A stretch of DNA of 64,000 bases from Phycisphaeraceae bacterium (GCA_963674705.1 OY771506.1:5312001-5376000); one strand, 5' to 3'. Positions 40,705 through 52,097 are shown, numbered from the stretch's first letter. The notes: generated from the letters alone by a model not told the origin. Numbers and translations: made by a program.

Positions 40705-42072
40705 ATGGCCAACGATTCCGAACCTATCCGTGATCTATTGGAAGCGTTGCAGCAGTCGCCTGACAATATTGTCCTGCGCGCTCACGTCGGCGGCGTGTTG
40801 TTGAACCGAGGCCAACTCCAGGAAGCTGAACAGCTTTACCGTGAAGGATTGAAGCTGGCTCCCGCAAGCGAGAAGCTGTTACTCGGGCTCGGTAAGACGT
40901 TAAGCCAACAGGGCAAAGTCTCCGCGGCGATCGTGCTGATCGAAGACCTGCTGAGCCGGCCGGACGTATCCGCTCAAGCACACCTGCTGCATGCAAGATT
41001 ACTGCTGAAGTCGGGTGATCCACAACGTGGATCGGTGGCATATCAACGCGCCGTTAATGCCGACCCGAGCCTGGCGGATGAAGACCTGGCCGAAGCGCTG
41101 GGTGTGGTTGAAGCCGAAGCAGAATTTGATGACGACTTTGCCGAAGTCGACAGCGAGGGTCGTATCCGCATGCGTGCCGAGGCGCCGGGGGCCGCGATGG
41201 TGTCCATCGAGATGGAAAAGCCCGACATGAGCTTCGCCGACGTCGGCGGGATGGATGGCCTGAAAGACGAGGTGCGCATCAAGCTCATCGAGCCGATGCG
41301 TAACCCGGAGATCTACAAAGCCTACGGCAAGTCGATCGGCGGTGGTTTGCTGATGTACGGCCCGCCCGGCTGCGGCAAGACATACCTCGCGCGGGCGACG
41401 GCCGGCGAAGTCGATGCCGGTTTCATCGCGGTGGGCATTCACGACGTGCTGGATATGTACCTGGGCAATAGCGAGTCGAAGCTGCACGCGTTGTTCGAAT
41501 ACGCACGATCCAACACGCCCTGTGTTCTGTTTTTTGATGAAGTGGATGCGCTTGGCGCAAAACGCTCGGACCTGCAAGGCTCAGCCGGCCGACAGGTGAT
41601 CAACCAGTTCCTGTCTGAATTGGATGGCGTGAAAAGTTCCAACGACGGTGTGCTGGTTCTGGCAGCGACGAATGCACCGTGGCACCTGGATTCAGCATTC
41701 CGCAGACCCGGACGGTTCGATCGCGTATTGTTCGTACCGCCCCCGGATCAGCCGGCGCGGGCGGAGGTTTTACGGGCGCTACTGAAAGGCAAACCGCAAC
41801 AGGACATCGATGTCGATGCGGTCGCCAGGAAAACCCCTGGCCTGTCCGGTGCGGACCTCAAGGCTGTGATCGACCGGGCGGTGGAAGCGAAGCTGCGTGA
41901 AGCGGTCAAGACCGGCGTACCCGGCCCACTTACCACCAAGGACCTGGTCAAGAGCGCCAAGACAACCAAACCGACAACGAAAGAATGGTTCGCCACCGCG
42001 AAAAACTACGCGTTGTACTCGAACCAGGGCGGCGAGTACGACGACGTACTGGACTATTTGAAGCTGAAGTGA
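40705..42072 (+). CDS. TPR-containing classical AAA ATPase
   Basis: N-terminal TPRs; GPPGCGKT, FFDEVD, ATNAPWHLDSAFRRPGRFD. Confidence 0.93.
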   Translation: MANDSEPIRDLLEALQQSPDNIVLRAHVGGVLLNRGQLQEAEQLYREGLKLAPASEKLLLGLGKTLSQQGKVSAAIVLIEDLLSRPDVSAQAHLLHARLLLKSGDPQRGSVAYQRAVNADPSLADEDLAEALGVVEAEAEFDDDFAEVDSEGRIRMRAEAPGAAMVSIEMEKPDMSFADVGGMDGLKDEVRIKLIEPMRNPEIYKAYGKSIGGGLLMYGPPGCGKTYLARATAGEVDAGFIAVGIHDVLDMYLGNSESKLHALFEYARSNTPCVLFFDEVDALGAKRSDLQGSAGRQVINQFLSELDGVKSSNDGVLVLAATNAPWHLDSAFRRPGRFDRVLFVPPPDQPARAEVLRALLKGKPQQDIDVDAVARKTPGLSGADLKAVIDRAVEAKLREAVKTGVPGPLTTKDLVKSAKTTKPTTKEWFATAKNYALYSNQGGEYDDVLDYLKLK

Positions 42073-42107
42073 GGCTGCGTGCCTGATTCACCGAGGGAGT
42101 TGATTCG

Positions 42108-43379
42108 TTGCAGAATCCACACATGACCCGGGCCCAGATGTTGTTGAGCCAATCCCGGCCGGAGATGGCCGAGGCGGAACTGCGCCGTGGTTTGGAAGCA
42201 GAGCCCGAAAACGCAAACATGCACGCACTGCTTGGTTTCAGCCTCATCAAACAGCATAAGACAGATGCATCGAAACAGGCGCTGCGCGAAGCGATCCGCC
42301 TGGACCCCATGTCGTTCTTTCCGCATTACCTGATGGGGATGATCCATCTGGAAGAGAACAAACTCATCGATGCACGTCGTGCGGTCGATGAGGCGCTACG
42401 GCTGGACCCTTATCAGCCCTGCAATTACGGGCTGGTGGCGATGCTTCATTACAAGCAAGGCGAGCGCGAGCAAGCGATTCAGGCGCTGGATCGTGGCTTG
42501 TCGATGGACCCTGAGGATGTGGACTGCCTGAACCTGCGGGCGCAGATCCTCACACAGATGGGCCGAAGCGCAGAAGCAGCGGGAACGATCAAACGCACGA
42601 TGCGCGCAGCACCGGAAAACGCCGATGCCCATGCAACCCAGGGCTGGGCCTATCTGCATACCAATAAACCCAAAGAAGCATTAAAACACTTCGATGAAGC
42701 ACTACGCATCGAGCCCGGCCACGATTACGCACGTGCTGGCCTCGTCGAAGCGCTCAAAGCTCGCTTCCTGATCTACCGGCTGGTCCTCGGCTTCTTCCTC
42801 TGGACAGCCAGGATGGACGGCCGCGCACGAATGACGCTGCTGGTCGGAGCGTATATCGGATATCAAGTCGTGCGTGCGGTCGCGCGGGCCAGCGAGGAAC
42901 TTCGGCCCGTGGCGTATGTGCTGATCGGGCTATACCTCGGCTTCGTACTTCTGACCTGGATCACCATCCCCCTGTTCAACCTCATGCTTCGGCTGAATAC
43001 CCACGGCTGGCACGCCTTGGATAAAGAAGACAAGATCGCAACCGACGGCTTCGGCATCCTGCTGCTGATCGGCTTGATCCTGGGCGGGCTGGGATACTGG
43101 CTGCATTCGACCCCGCTCTACTTCTGGGCGGCATATACGGGCATCATGGCGATCGTGTTGTACCGGATCATCTCCGAACTGGCCTGGAAGAAGATGCCGG
43201 TGATGTTCTACGCAGGCATCACCGCCGCCTTCACCGGCCTTATCACGGTGACCTGTATCTCGCTGGAAGGCGAAGAGGGCCTGCCGCTTATACTCGACCT
43301 GCTCTTCCTGCTCTCGATGCTGACTTTCTGGATCGCCCTGATTGTCTTTATGTTCAGCTCGCACTTCAGAAGGCAGTAA
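42108..43379 (+). CDS. TPR protein with multi-TM C-terminus
   Basis: About six TPRs followed by roughly six to seven hydrophobic helices. Confidence 0.88.
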   Translation: MQNPHMTRAQMLLSQSRPEMAEAELRRGLEAEPENANMHALLGFSLIKQHKTDASKQALREAIRLDPMSFFPHYLMGMIHLEENKLIDARRAVDEALRLDPYQPCNYGLVAMLHYKQGEREQAIQALDRGLSMDPEDVDCLNLRAQILTQMGRSAEAAGTIKRTMRAAPENADAHATQGWAYLHTNKPKEALKHFDEALRIEPGHDYARAGLVEALKARFLIYRLVLGFFLWTARMDGRARMTLLVGAYIGYQVVRAVARASEELRPVAYVLIGLYLGFVLLTWITIPLFNLMLRLNTHGWHALDKEDKIATDGFGILLLIGLILGGLGYWLHSTPLYFWAAYTGIMAIVLYRIISELAWKKMPVMFYAGITAAFTGLITVTCISLEGEEGLPLILDLLFLLSMLTFWIALIVFMFSSHFRRQ

Positions 43380-43452
43380 GTTGATGATCCCTTGGTAACG
43401 CGTCCAAGACGGGCTATCCTACACACACGGACAACACCACCAGGAACGCACC

Positions 43453-44865
43453 ATGACGCCCAAACAAGTCTTACAGCTCATCAAATCCAAGAACATCGAG
43501 TTTGTCGATTGCAGATTCATGGACTTCCCGGGGCTCTGGCAGCACATCACGTTCCCGGCCGGGGAACTGAGCGAGAACACGTTCAAGGCCGGATTCGGGT
43601 TCGACGGCTCGTGCATCCGTGGCTGGGAGGCGATCAACGAACAGGACATGCTGATCGTGCCCGTCGCCGATACGGCCCACATCGACCCCTTCCCACAACA
43701 CACCACGCTGGCGCTGATCTGCGATGTCAAAAACCCGGTGACGAAGAAGATGTTCTCACGCGACCCACGATCGATCGGCCGCAAAGCCGCGGATTACATC
43801 AAGAAAGCGGGGATCGCCGACAGGGCAATGTTCGCACCGGAGATGGAGTTCTTCATCTTCGACCAGGTCCACTACGGCCAGGATGTGAACAGTGCCTCAT
43901 ACAAGGTGGATTCATCAGAGGGCTGCTGGAACAGCATCAAGGATGACCCGACAAATCTCGGTTACCAGGTCCGGCGTAATGAAGGCTACTTCCCGGGACC
44001 GCCGATGGATTCGCTGATGGACATGCGTTCACAGATGTGCAAGGTACTCACCGAGATGGGCATCGCGGTCGAAGGACATCACCACGAAGTTGCGACCGGC
44101 GGACAGTGTGAGATCGACCTGGAACACGCGGACCTGCTCCGCATGGCCGACATCTGCATGATGCTCAAGTACGTCGTCAAACGCGTCGCGGCACAGCACG
44201 GCAAAACAGCAACCTTCATGCCAAAACCGCTATTCATGGATAACGGCTCCGGGATGCACACACACTTCTCACTCTGGAAAGCCGGCAAACCATTATTCCC
44301 CGGCAACCACTACGGCGGACTTTCCAAGATCGGCCTCTACGCCATCGGCGGACTCCTCCGACACGCCAAGAGCCTCCTCGCATTCACCAACCCCACAACC
44401 AACAGCTACAAGCGGCTGGTCCCAGGCTACGAAGCGCCCGTCAAGCTGATCTACTCCACACGTAACCGCGCCGCCGCCGTGCGTATCCCCGGCTATTCAA
44501 CAGACCCGAAAGCAAGACGCATCGAGTTCCGCTCCCCGGATTCATCCTGTAACCCCTACCTCGCCTTCGCCGCGATGACCATGGCTGTCGCCGATGGCAT
44601 CAAGAACAAGATCGATCCGGGCAACCCGCTGGATAAACTCTTCGAAGAGTTGGAGCCGCACGAGCTGGAACCCATCGACTCCGCCCCGGGCGATCTCGAA
44701 GAAGCGCTCTATGCACTGGAAACCGACCACGACTACCTGCACGAGGACAACGTCTTCACCGATGAAGTGATCCACTACTGGATCAAGTACAAACGCGAAA
44801 ACGAAATCGACGAATTAAGACACCGCCCCCACCCCCACGAATTCAGCATGTACTTCGATATCTGA
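43453..44865 (+). CDS. glnA: Glutamine synthetase type I
   Basis: FDGS, PEMEF, HHEVA, NGSGMH, KRLVPGYEAP, RIEFRSPD. Confidence 0.95.
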   Translation: MTPKQVLQLIKSKNIEFVDCRFMDFPGLWQHITFPAGELSENTFKAGFGFDGSCIRGWEAINEQDMLIVPVADTAHIDPFPQHTTLALICDVKNPVTKKMFSRDPRSIGRKAADYIKKAGIADRAMFAPEMEFFIFDQVHYGQDVNSASYKVDSSEGCWNSIKDDPTNLGYQVRRNEGYFPGPPMDSLMDMRSQMCKVLTEMGIAVEGHHHEVATGGQCEIDLEHADLLRMADICMMLKYVVKRVAAQHGKTATFMPKPLFMDNGSGMHTHFSLWKAGKPLFPGNHYGGLSKIGLYAIGGLLRHAKSLLAFTNPTTNSYKRLVPGYEAPVKLIYSTRNRAAAVRIPGYSTDPKARRIEFRSPDSSCNPYLAFAAMTMAVADGIKNKIDPGNPLDKLFEELEPHELEPIDSAPGDLEEALYALETDHDYLHEDNVFTDEVIHYWIKYKRENEIDELRHRPHPHEFSMYFDI

Positions 44866-44878
44866 GTATCACTGTCCC

Positions 44879-44970
44879 AGCCGCTTGCGGCTTAGCGCAC
44901 TTCCCCCCCGTAGCCGCTTGCGGCTTAGCGCGCTCCCCATCTCCCCTCGGGAGAGGGCCGGGGTGAGGGC
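44879..44970. repeat. REP cluster
   Basis: Two AGCCGCTTGCGGCTTAGCGC copies (44879, 44912; also 46701, 49544) then a CTCCC..GGGAGAGGGCCGGGGTGAGGG unit. Confidence 0.88.
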
Positions 44971-45043
44971 CCGTCCGAAACGATAATGGAGCCAGACACG
45001 TTTGCCCTTGTGTAATGCTTTTCTTCCACCAAGGTTGTTAGCA

Positions 45044-46594
45044 ATGTCGGTACTCGACCAAACCATCATTGACCGTCATAGGCAACAGATCGAACAAGCA
45101 ATCATCCCGATCATGCAGAGGATATATCTCTGCGACCGGGATGCAGGCGTTGCGGCCGTGCGCCCCGGCTACAAACCGATCGAGAACATCGTCGCCTATT
45201 ATGACTACTATGCCACCGGCATATCCGTGCTGGCTAAATTGGCGGCCAAAGGTGATGATCGCGCCTTCGAACTGATCAAGAAAATACAGAACAACACCGA
45301 ACACTATTGCACACACATCTACAACCACCCCGCTGGTGAACTGCCGTTGTGGAGTGTGCCCCTCAGGCGGCTGCTCCTGCATATCGCGCTGGCATATCAA
45401 AACCTCTTGCCGATCATGAACAACAAAGACCAGCTTTGGTATGAGCAGATCATTGAGCAGCAGGTCCCCGCAGCCATTGAACACTGCAAACACTTCCTGC
45501 CGGGCGTTAAAGACCTGCACCTGAACAAGGTCAACAACCACACCGCCGTTTTCATGCAAGGCGTGTACTATTGCGGCAAGGTCTTCGGCCGATCTGACTG
45601 GTCGGATATGGCACACGAATTTGCCGAACGCTACCTTGCAAACGGTCATCCTGACGGGTACTTCGAAGAATTCACCAACGCCGAGCGCGAGGGCGGCCCG
45701 TCGCTTATCTATACACCATTAACCGCAGGATGCTTATACGACGTGTTGGATGGCAAAACACATCGCCAGGACAAATTCATCAAGGCGGGCCATCTATTTC
45801 GATCCCTGATCAATCACGACTACGCAAAAATCCCCATCGCGGATGAACGCACCAATGCATCAGACAACAACGGCGCCGGCTACGGCCTGGCGCTCCACTC
45901 ACTGACCGCCGAGGGAAGATACTTCATCACACACAGCCTCGAATCACTGAATTGCGCGCAACAACACCCGGAAACACTGGCTGTGGTTGACCATGAATTG
46001 GACCTGATAGTCGAAGGCCCATGCGCGCAACCCGAAAACCTCAAAGACGCCCCCTTCCGCCTTACGCTTCCTCTCGGGATCATACGCAAGCAAAACTTCA
46101 CCGCAGGCATATCCGCATTACGTGCGTTGAATCATGAAGCCCGCCCCCGCGAAGATTACGCACTTGACCAGCAGAACATGCTCTACCTCTCACACAAAAC
46201 CGCCGGCGTCATCCTGACCGGCGTCAAATCCAAAAACAACCCCGCATTCTCCACATTCCGAATCGGCAACGATGCCTACACGATCCGCACCGGCGAACTC
46301 GAAGTAGGCGAAGACTGGGCACAGGCCCATCTCCACTACCAGACATTCAATCCGCGCATCCGCTGGGAACTCGGCGATAACGCCAGATTGATCCTGACCG
46401 CAGACACCGATCAAACCATCACCACCTGCCTGCCGATCACTGACACACGTTACCTGAACACCGACACTCGATATGAGATCGTCGAACTCAATGGCTTCTC
46501 CCCCTATACCCAAGGCAATAAAACCGACCGAATAAACGCGGCCGTCATACAGTGGACACGTAAATTGGTAATCGAATTCCCCGGGAATGCTTAA
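45044..46594 (+). CDS. Hypothetical protein, possibly heparinase II/III-like alpha-toroid
   Basis: Long ORF; NNH and DGYFEE..GPS..Y motifs. Confidence 0.55.
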   Translation: MSVLDQTIIDRHRQQIEQAIIPIMQRIYLCDRDAGVAAVRPGYKPIENIVAYYDYYATGISVLAKLAAKGDDRAFELIKKIQNNTEHYCTHIYNHPAGELPLWSVPLRRLLLHIALAYQNLLPIMNNKDQLWYEQIIEQQVPAAIEHCKHFLPGVKDLHLNKVNNHTAVFMQGVYYCGKVFGRSDWSDMAHEFAERYLANGHPDGYFEEFTNAEREGGPSLIYTPLTAGCLYDVLDGKTHRQDKFIKAGHLFRSLINHDYAKIPIADERTNASDNNGAGYGLALHSLTAEGRYFITHSLESLNCAQQHPETLAVVDHELDLIVEGPCAQPENLKDAPFRLTLPLGIIRKQNFTAGISALRALNHEARPREDYALDQQNMLYLSHKTAGVILTGVKSKNNPAFSTFRIGNDAYTIRTGELEVGEDWAQAHLHYQTFNPRIRWELGDNARLILTADTDQTITTCLPITDTRYLNTDTRYEIVELNGFSPYTQGNKTDRINAAVIQWTRKLVIEFPGNA

Positions 46595-46857
46595 ACGAAG
46601 CCCCACCCCTGCGAGCCGCGGCGTGTCGCCGCGGCCGACTATGCCACACCATTCAACCGCGAACAGCCTATACACACTACGGACACCAGCTCATCCCCCA
46701 AGCCGCTTGCGGCTTAGCGCTCTTGCCCCCATTTTCATCCTGTCCGACACCACTTCCCTCCGAAGCGTCACCGGCGAGCACACGTGGCCGTCATTTACAC
46801 GTACCGATACGCTGATGTATAAAAGCATCTCATAAACCGATTCCGACCAAAACCATC

Positions 46858-47886
46858 ATGACAACACATTCTTGTCTAGCTTATGTCCGAACACGTCCAC
46901 CCTCACCACAAGCCATCAAGGCGCACACCCGACGCCGGCAGCCGATAGGATTACGTTATGTCAGTTTGGTTCTGTTCATTATGTTCTGTCAACTCGCAGG
47001 CTGTCAGATGAAACAGACATTTAATACCACCCCTGTCTACTGGCAGGCCCACCGCGGCGGTGGAGCGCATGAACGGCCGGACAACACGATGATCGCGATG
47101 CGGTATACGTGGGATTTGGGCGGCATCCCGGAAGCGGACATCCGCTCCACCGCCGACGGCGTAATCATCTGCCTGCATGATAAAACGCTCGCACGAACGA
47201 CCGATGCGCCAAAAGATATCGCGAATCAACCTGTCAATCAGCTTTCGCTAAGCGAGATTCAAAAATGGGACGCGGGCAAGAAGTTTGCCCCAGCATACGC
47301 CGACGAGCGTGTGCCGACGCTGGAGGAAGTGTTCTCCGCAATGTCGCAGGCCCCAAGCCGCTGGGTGTACCTGGACCTGAAACAGTTGGACCTCAACCAA
47401 CTGGGCGATCTGATCGAGCAGTACAAGCTGGCTGAACAGATATTAATCGCGAGCCCGAAGCAGGAAGAATGTGCCATGCTGCGAAAGCGCTTGCCGGGCG
47501 TGCGAACAATGCTCTGGATCACCGGCAAGCCGAACGAGATTGAAGCAAAGTTTGATCGTGCTCTGGAAAGCGGATTCGACGGGATGGATCAGGTGCAGAT
47601 CCACCTGTTCGACCTGGAGGGTGGTGCGATAGAAGGTTGGCGCTACCAGGTCGATCAGAACTTCCTGAACCGGGCGATCAGCCAGACCGCCGAACACGGA
47701 ATAGACCTGGAAGTTTTCCCGTTTCACTTTGAACAATCAGATATCCTAAGTCTGCTGAACATGGGCATCACCTGGTACGCCACCGATGAGCCCGCCAGGT
47801 TTGCCCAAGTGGTTGAAGCATGGCGTATGAGTAAGTGTCAGGGGCATCGCCAGCAAGACCAGCAAAACATCTGTCACATTGACTGA
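46858..47886 (+). CDS. Glycerophosphodiester phosphodiesterase family lipoprotein
   Basis: AHRGG, PDNT, EADI, CLHD, VPTLEE, ATDEP; LAGC lipobox; start uncertain. Confidence 0.9.
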   Translation: MTTHSCLAYVRTRPPSPQAIKAHTRRRQPIGLRYVSLVLFIMFCQLAGCQMKQTFNTTPVYWQAHRGGGAHERPDNTMIAMRYTWDLGGIPEADIRSTADGVIICLHDKTLARTTDAPKDIANQPVNQLSLSEIQKWDAGKKFAPAYADERVPTLEEVFSAMSQAPSRWVYLDLKQLDLNQLGDLIEQYKLAEQILIASPKQEECAMLRKRLPGVRTMLWITGKPNEIEAKFDRALESGFDGMDQVQIHLFDLEGGAIEGWRYQVDQNFLNRAISQTAEHGIDLEVFPFHFEQSDILSLLNMGITWYATDEPARFAQVVEAWRMSKCQGHRQQDQQNICHID

Positions 47887-48043
47887 CCCCGTTTCTTCTC
47901 TCATCTAGCCCAACAGAGTCTGGCCCCGTTTACATCGCTATCAACTTTATCCCTCTCATTAGCGTTGAATATATTCCAATAATTTGGTACAGTTTCTCTC
48001 ACTGCAGGCAATATTTCTTATATTCGATAAGCGGGGAATAACA

Positions 48044-48748
48044 ATGCAATATCGTCGGACGGATTTATTGGGACTACAGCATGTTGTATGTTTGTTTGCT
48101 TCAATGACACTCATGCTGCTTATCGCTGGTTCAGCAGTCGCAAACCAGATTGTGGTCGATAGCGGGCAGCCTGATGGGTCAGATGCCTATCTTATCCATA
48201 CGTATAACACAGACCCTTATCACGTCAGCCGCCAGCATATTGCTCAAGGTTTTACCTTAAGTGAACCTACCACCCTGACCCGGCTGGAATTTTACATTGG
48301 TCGCTTAGGGGATGACCCAGATGTATATTTGACGGTCTCGAGTTATTCACCATTTACCGTAGGCGACTATGATATCGTCGCCGGCCGGATCGCCACATTC
48401 CAGTCTTCCATACCTGATATGACACATCTGAATAATGGCATCTGGGTATCGGTGGATATTGACCTATCGCTGCCGGCCGGAAACTATATTGTCGCCGTAA
48501 GTCCGGGCACGAAAAGCGTACGGTATGCCCCGACCTCCGCACCTTTCGATATTGGCCCTAGCTTTACTTCAAAGGCTGCTGGTCCCAGTCCCACCATGGC
48601 TTATACCCTTGTCAGCGAACAGTCTGCGTTTGGATTGCGGGTTTACACTGTCCCGGAACCAGCCACGGCTTTATCGTTCCTGATATGCTTTGTATCTGTT
48701 GGCCACAGGAACCTAGGAAAGAAATGGGGGCCGGGTGCCCGTCTTTGA
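48044..48748 (+). CDS. PEP-CTERM protein with degenerate tail
   Basis: Signal peptide; AQGFTL; VPEPAT followed by a short hydrophobic stretch. Confidence 0.8.
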   Translation: MQYRRTDLLGLQHVVCLFASMTLMLLIAGSAVANQIVVDSGQPDGSDAYLIHTYNTDPYHVSRQHIAQGFTLSEPTTLTRLEFYIGRLGDDPDVYLTVSSYSPFTVGDYDIVAGRIATFQSSIPDMTHLNNGIWVSVDIDLSLPAGNYIVAVSPGTKSVRYAPTSAPFDIGPSFTSKAAGPSPTMAYTLVSEQSAFGLRVYTVPEPATALSFLICFVSVGHRNLGKKWGPGARL

Positions 48749-49054
48749 CCCGCAGGGCTAAGGCGGTTGCTTGAGTGAGTAGCAGGTGCCTTCACTTCGA
48801 TGCTGGTTCGGCAAAGCGTAGAGCAACCCACCACGGATGCACATTTAATCACACAGGGCCATTAATCGCCGGCCAAGCGTTCCGATATCATTCACCGTCA
48901 TTGATCTTTCACAACAATTCAACTGCCTGCACCACTCGCCCCGTATCATCGTGATAAATCTGCATCCGGCCGACACAACTCTATCGTGGCAGATTGCACT
49001 TCGCTTAACGCCACCCGGCAACAAAACAAACCACGCCACCTGACGCCCCCGTTT

Positions 49055-49375
49055 CTACTCCAATTTATCCCAATAAAATCTCGGCCACTTTACCGTTTTC
49101 CCGATAACACGATTGGGATCAATTTCGCGCGTGGCAAGGATCTCGAGCCAATAGCCAGGATCCGTATTGAATGAATCAGCACGCCAAGTGACTTCAAGGT
49201 GTTGGTATAACAACATTGATGCCTGTTCTCGTACGAGGACGGGATATCGCAAGCATCCAATCAGATCATTCCAGGTAATGTCGGGGTGTTTGAGTAGACG
49301 ACAAAACGCTACAAATCGAGAAGCTTCGCTTTGATCCCGTTCTAGTTCGATTCGAAGTTTATGCAATTCATCCAT
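49055..49375 (-). CDS. Orphan hypothetical protein
   Basis: 106-aa ATG ORF, lower GC. Confidence 0.6.
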   Translation of the reverse strand: MDELHKLRIELERDQSEASRFVAFCRLLKHPDITWNDLIGCLRYPVLVREQASMLLYQHLEVTWRADSFNTDPGYWLEILATREIDPNRVIGKTVKWPRFYWDKLE

Positions 49376-49911
49376 CTCAATTATTTATATTAGCATCTCA
49401 CGCAAAAATGCGATCCGCTTTCTCTAGGGCGGCTGTTATTGCCAACCAGAAATCCGGAAGGTGACCGACCCTATAGAAAGCCATTAAAAAAAGGGTTCAC
49501 CCCTTTCCCGAACACCTCCTCCCCACAACCCCTGATCAATCTAAGCCGCTTACGGCTTAGCGCTCTTGCCCCTCCGTATACACGCTGCCAGACACCATTC
49601 ATCCCCGATATCCAAAGCCCGAATCCCAATCGAAACCCCAAACACCTCGAAGAACAGCCCCGAAAAAGACATCTAATATAAGTTATATTAGATGTCTTAC
49701 GGTAAGCCACGCCGCCCCGATTGACTCCTCGCGAGCCGCGGCGTGCCGCCGCGGGCTGTTGCGTTACCCTCCGCTTAACTGCACGTAACCAAGTCGGTGG
49801 TACCGCCACATGTGGCAACAGCATATGTTGGCGGCGATCGGGTCGGATATCATTTTGACACAACCCCGATCGGCATACGCTCCGAAACGTTATGATCCCC
49901 GGAGGATTCGC

Positions 49912-50370
49912 ATGTATCGCAAACGCACCCTGATCCTGTTGATGTTGCTTTCGTTTCTGCTTGGTTTAGCAGTGTTCCCGACCGTCTGGGTAGGCAAGCA
50001 GTTTGTGGCAGCATACAAGGCAACATCTATAAGCTTTGCCATGGCCATGGCATCGGAAAAAGTACAACTCTCAGACAAAGTATCTCTGATTGCCACCAGC
50101 GGTACGAATGTCATGCTTGTGGATGAAGTTGAATTCTCAATGCTGCCCGGGGATGTCGTGCTTGCAGATTATGTGGGGCGTGACAAACAGGTGCTCCTTG
50201 TCGTCTACATAGCGCCCGGCGGAATCAATTCAAGCTCCGATGATGTGCTGAACCGACTCGAGGCGGCCGAGGTCGATCTGGCAACCGCTCAGGTGACAAA
50301 ACGGTCTGCTGTTGGGCAGAAAGAGTTGGCTTATCTGCAGGGCGTTTTTGAGTTTATGCATCAACAGTAA
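49912..50370 (+). CDS. Hypothetical membrane-anchored protein
   Basis: GGAGG RBS; N-terminal TM. Confidence 0.7.
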   Translation: MYRKRTLILLMLLSFLLGLAVFPTVWVGKQFVAAYKATSISFAMAMASEKVQLSDKVSLIATSGTNVMLVDEVEFSMLPGDVVLADYVGRDKQVLLVVYIAPGGINSSSDDVLNRLEAAEVDLATAQVTKRSAVGQKELAYLQGVFEFMHQQ

Positions 50371-50400
50371 GCTTCATCAGAGTTGCTACAATCCCCAGCT

Positions 50401-51114
<714 letters not shown>

Positions 51115-51122
51115 CTATCAAT

Positions 51123-51833
51123 TCATTCCGGCACGGGCAACAAATCTTCCTGCTTGACTTCCTGCTCAAACCGCTCAATCGGATGAGCCTGTTCGAGCGT
51201 GTAGTCGCCTACCGCGGTTCTGCGCAGGGACGCTAAGTGGCCGCCGGTGTTGAGTTTATCACCGATATCTCGGCCGAGGCTTCGGATGTAAGTGCCCCGG
51301 CCGCAGACGATTCGCAGCGTCAGCATGGGCCATGTGTAGTCCAGCAGGTCGATCGCGTCGATGCGGACGGTCTTGGTCGGCATGTCGACGGCCTCACCTT
51401 TGCGGGCGAGTTTGTAGGCCCGTTGGCCGTTGATGTGGACAGCCGAATACACGGGCGGAGTCTGCTCGATCTCACCCATGAATTCGCCCAGCACCTGCCG
51501 GACCTGCTCTTGCGTAGGTGGTTGATCTACCTGCACTTCCAGCCGTTCGCCCTCGCGGTCGTCAGTCGTCGTGAAGGCCGAGAGATCGACCACGGTCTCG
51601 TAGACCTTAGGCCGACCCATAAGCGATTCCACGCTTTTGGTCGCCTTACCAAGGCAGCAGATAACCACGCCGGTCGCCAGCGGATCTAAAGTCCCAGCGT
51701 GCCCGGTCTTGCATCCGCCTGCGGCCCGACGAACATAACGAACGACATCCATTGAGCTTAAACCAAGCGGTTTATCCACCACGATCAGCCCGCAGTAGCT
51801 GGAATGACCTTTGCGACGTCCCAAACGATCCAC
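51123..51833 (-). CDS. truB: tRNA pseudouridine(55) synthase
   Basis: VDKP, GHAGTLDPLATG, PPVYSA, GTYIRSL. Confidence 0.96.
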   Translation of the reverse strand: MDRLGRRKGHSSYCGLIVVDKPLGLSSMDVVRYVRRAAGGCKTGHAGTLDPLATGVVICCLGKATKSVESLMGRPKVYETVVDLSAFTTTDDREGERLEVQVDQPPTQEQVRQVLGEFMGEIEQTPPVYSAVHINGQRAYKLARKGEAVDMPTKTVRIDAIDLLDYTWPMLTLRIVCGRGTYIRSLGRDIGDKLNTGGHLASLRRTAVGDYTLEQAHPIERFEQEVKQEDLLPVPE

Positions 51834-51952
51834 CTTCCTTTACAAACCACGATAAAACAATACGATAGCGGACCAAACTCGAATTGTCGGCCCCCCCTGC
51901 CGGGCCTGGATCGCCCTTTTTCGCGTCCCGCACGGCGAAGCCGACAGCCTCT

Positions 51953-52040
51953 GGAGAGGTGACCGAGTGGCTGAAGGTGCACGACTGGAAATCGTGTGTA
52001 CGGCTCGTCCGTACCGAGGGTTCGAATCCCTCCCTCTCCG
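51953..52040 (+). tRNA. tRNA-Ser (anticodon GGA)
   Basis: GGAGAGG/CCTCTCC acceptor stem, CACGA-CTGGAAA-TCGTG anticodon arm, long variable arm, GGTTCGAATCC; CCA not directly encoded. Confidence 0.96.
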
Positions 52041-52050
52041 CTTCACCACG

Positions 52051-52097
52051 AACGCTCTTGCGAAACCCTTGCCTATAAGGGTTTTATGAGAGCGTTT
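52051..52097 (+). terminator. Hairpin downstream of the tRNA
   Basis: AACGCTCT..AAACCCTT/AAGGGTTT..AGAGCGTT inverted repeat. Confidence 0.65.
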
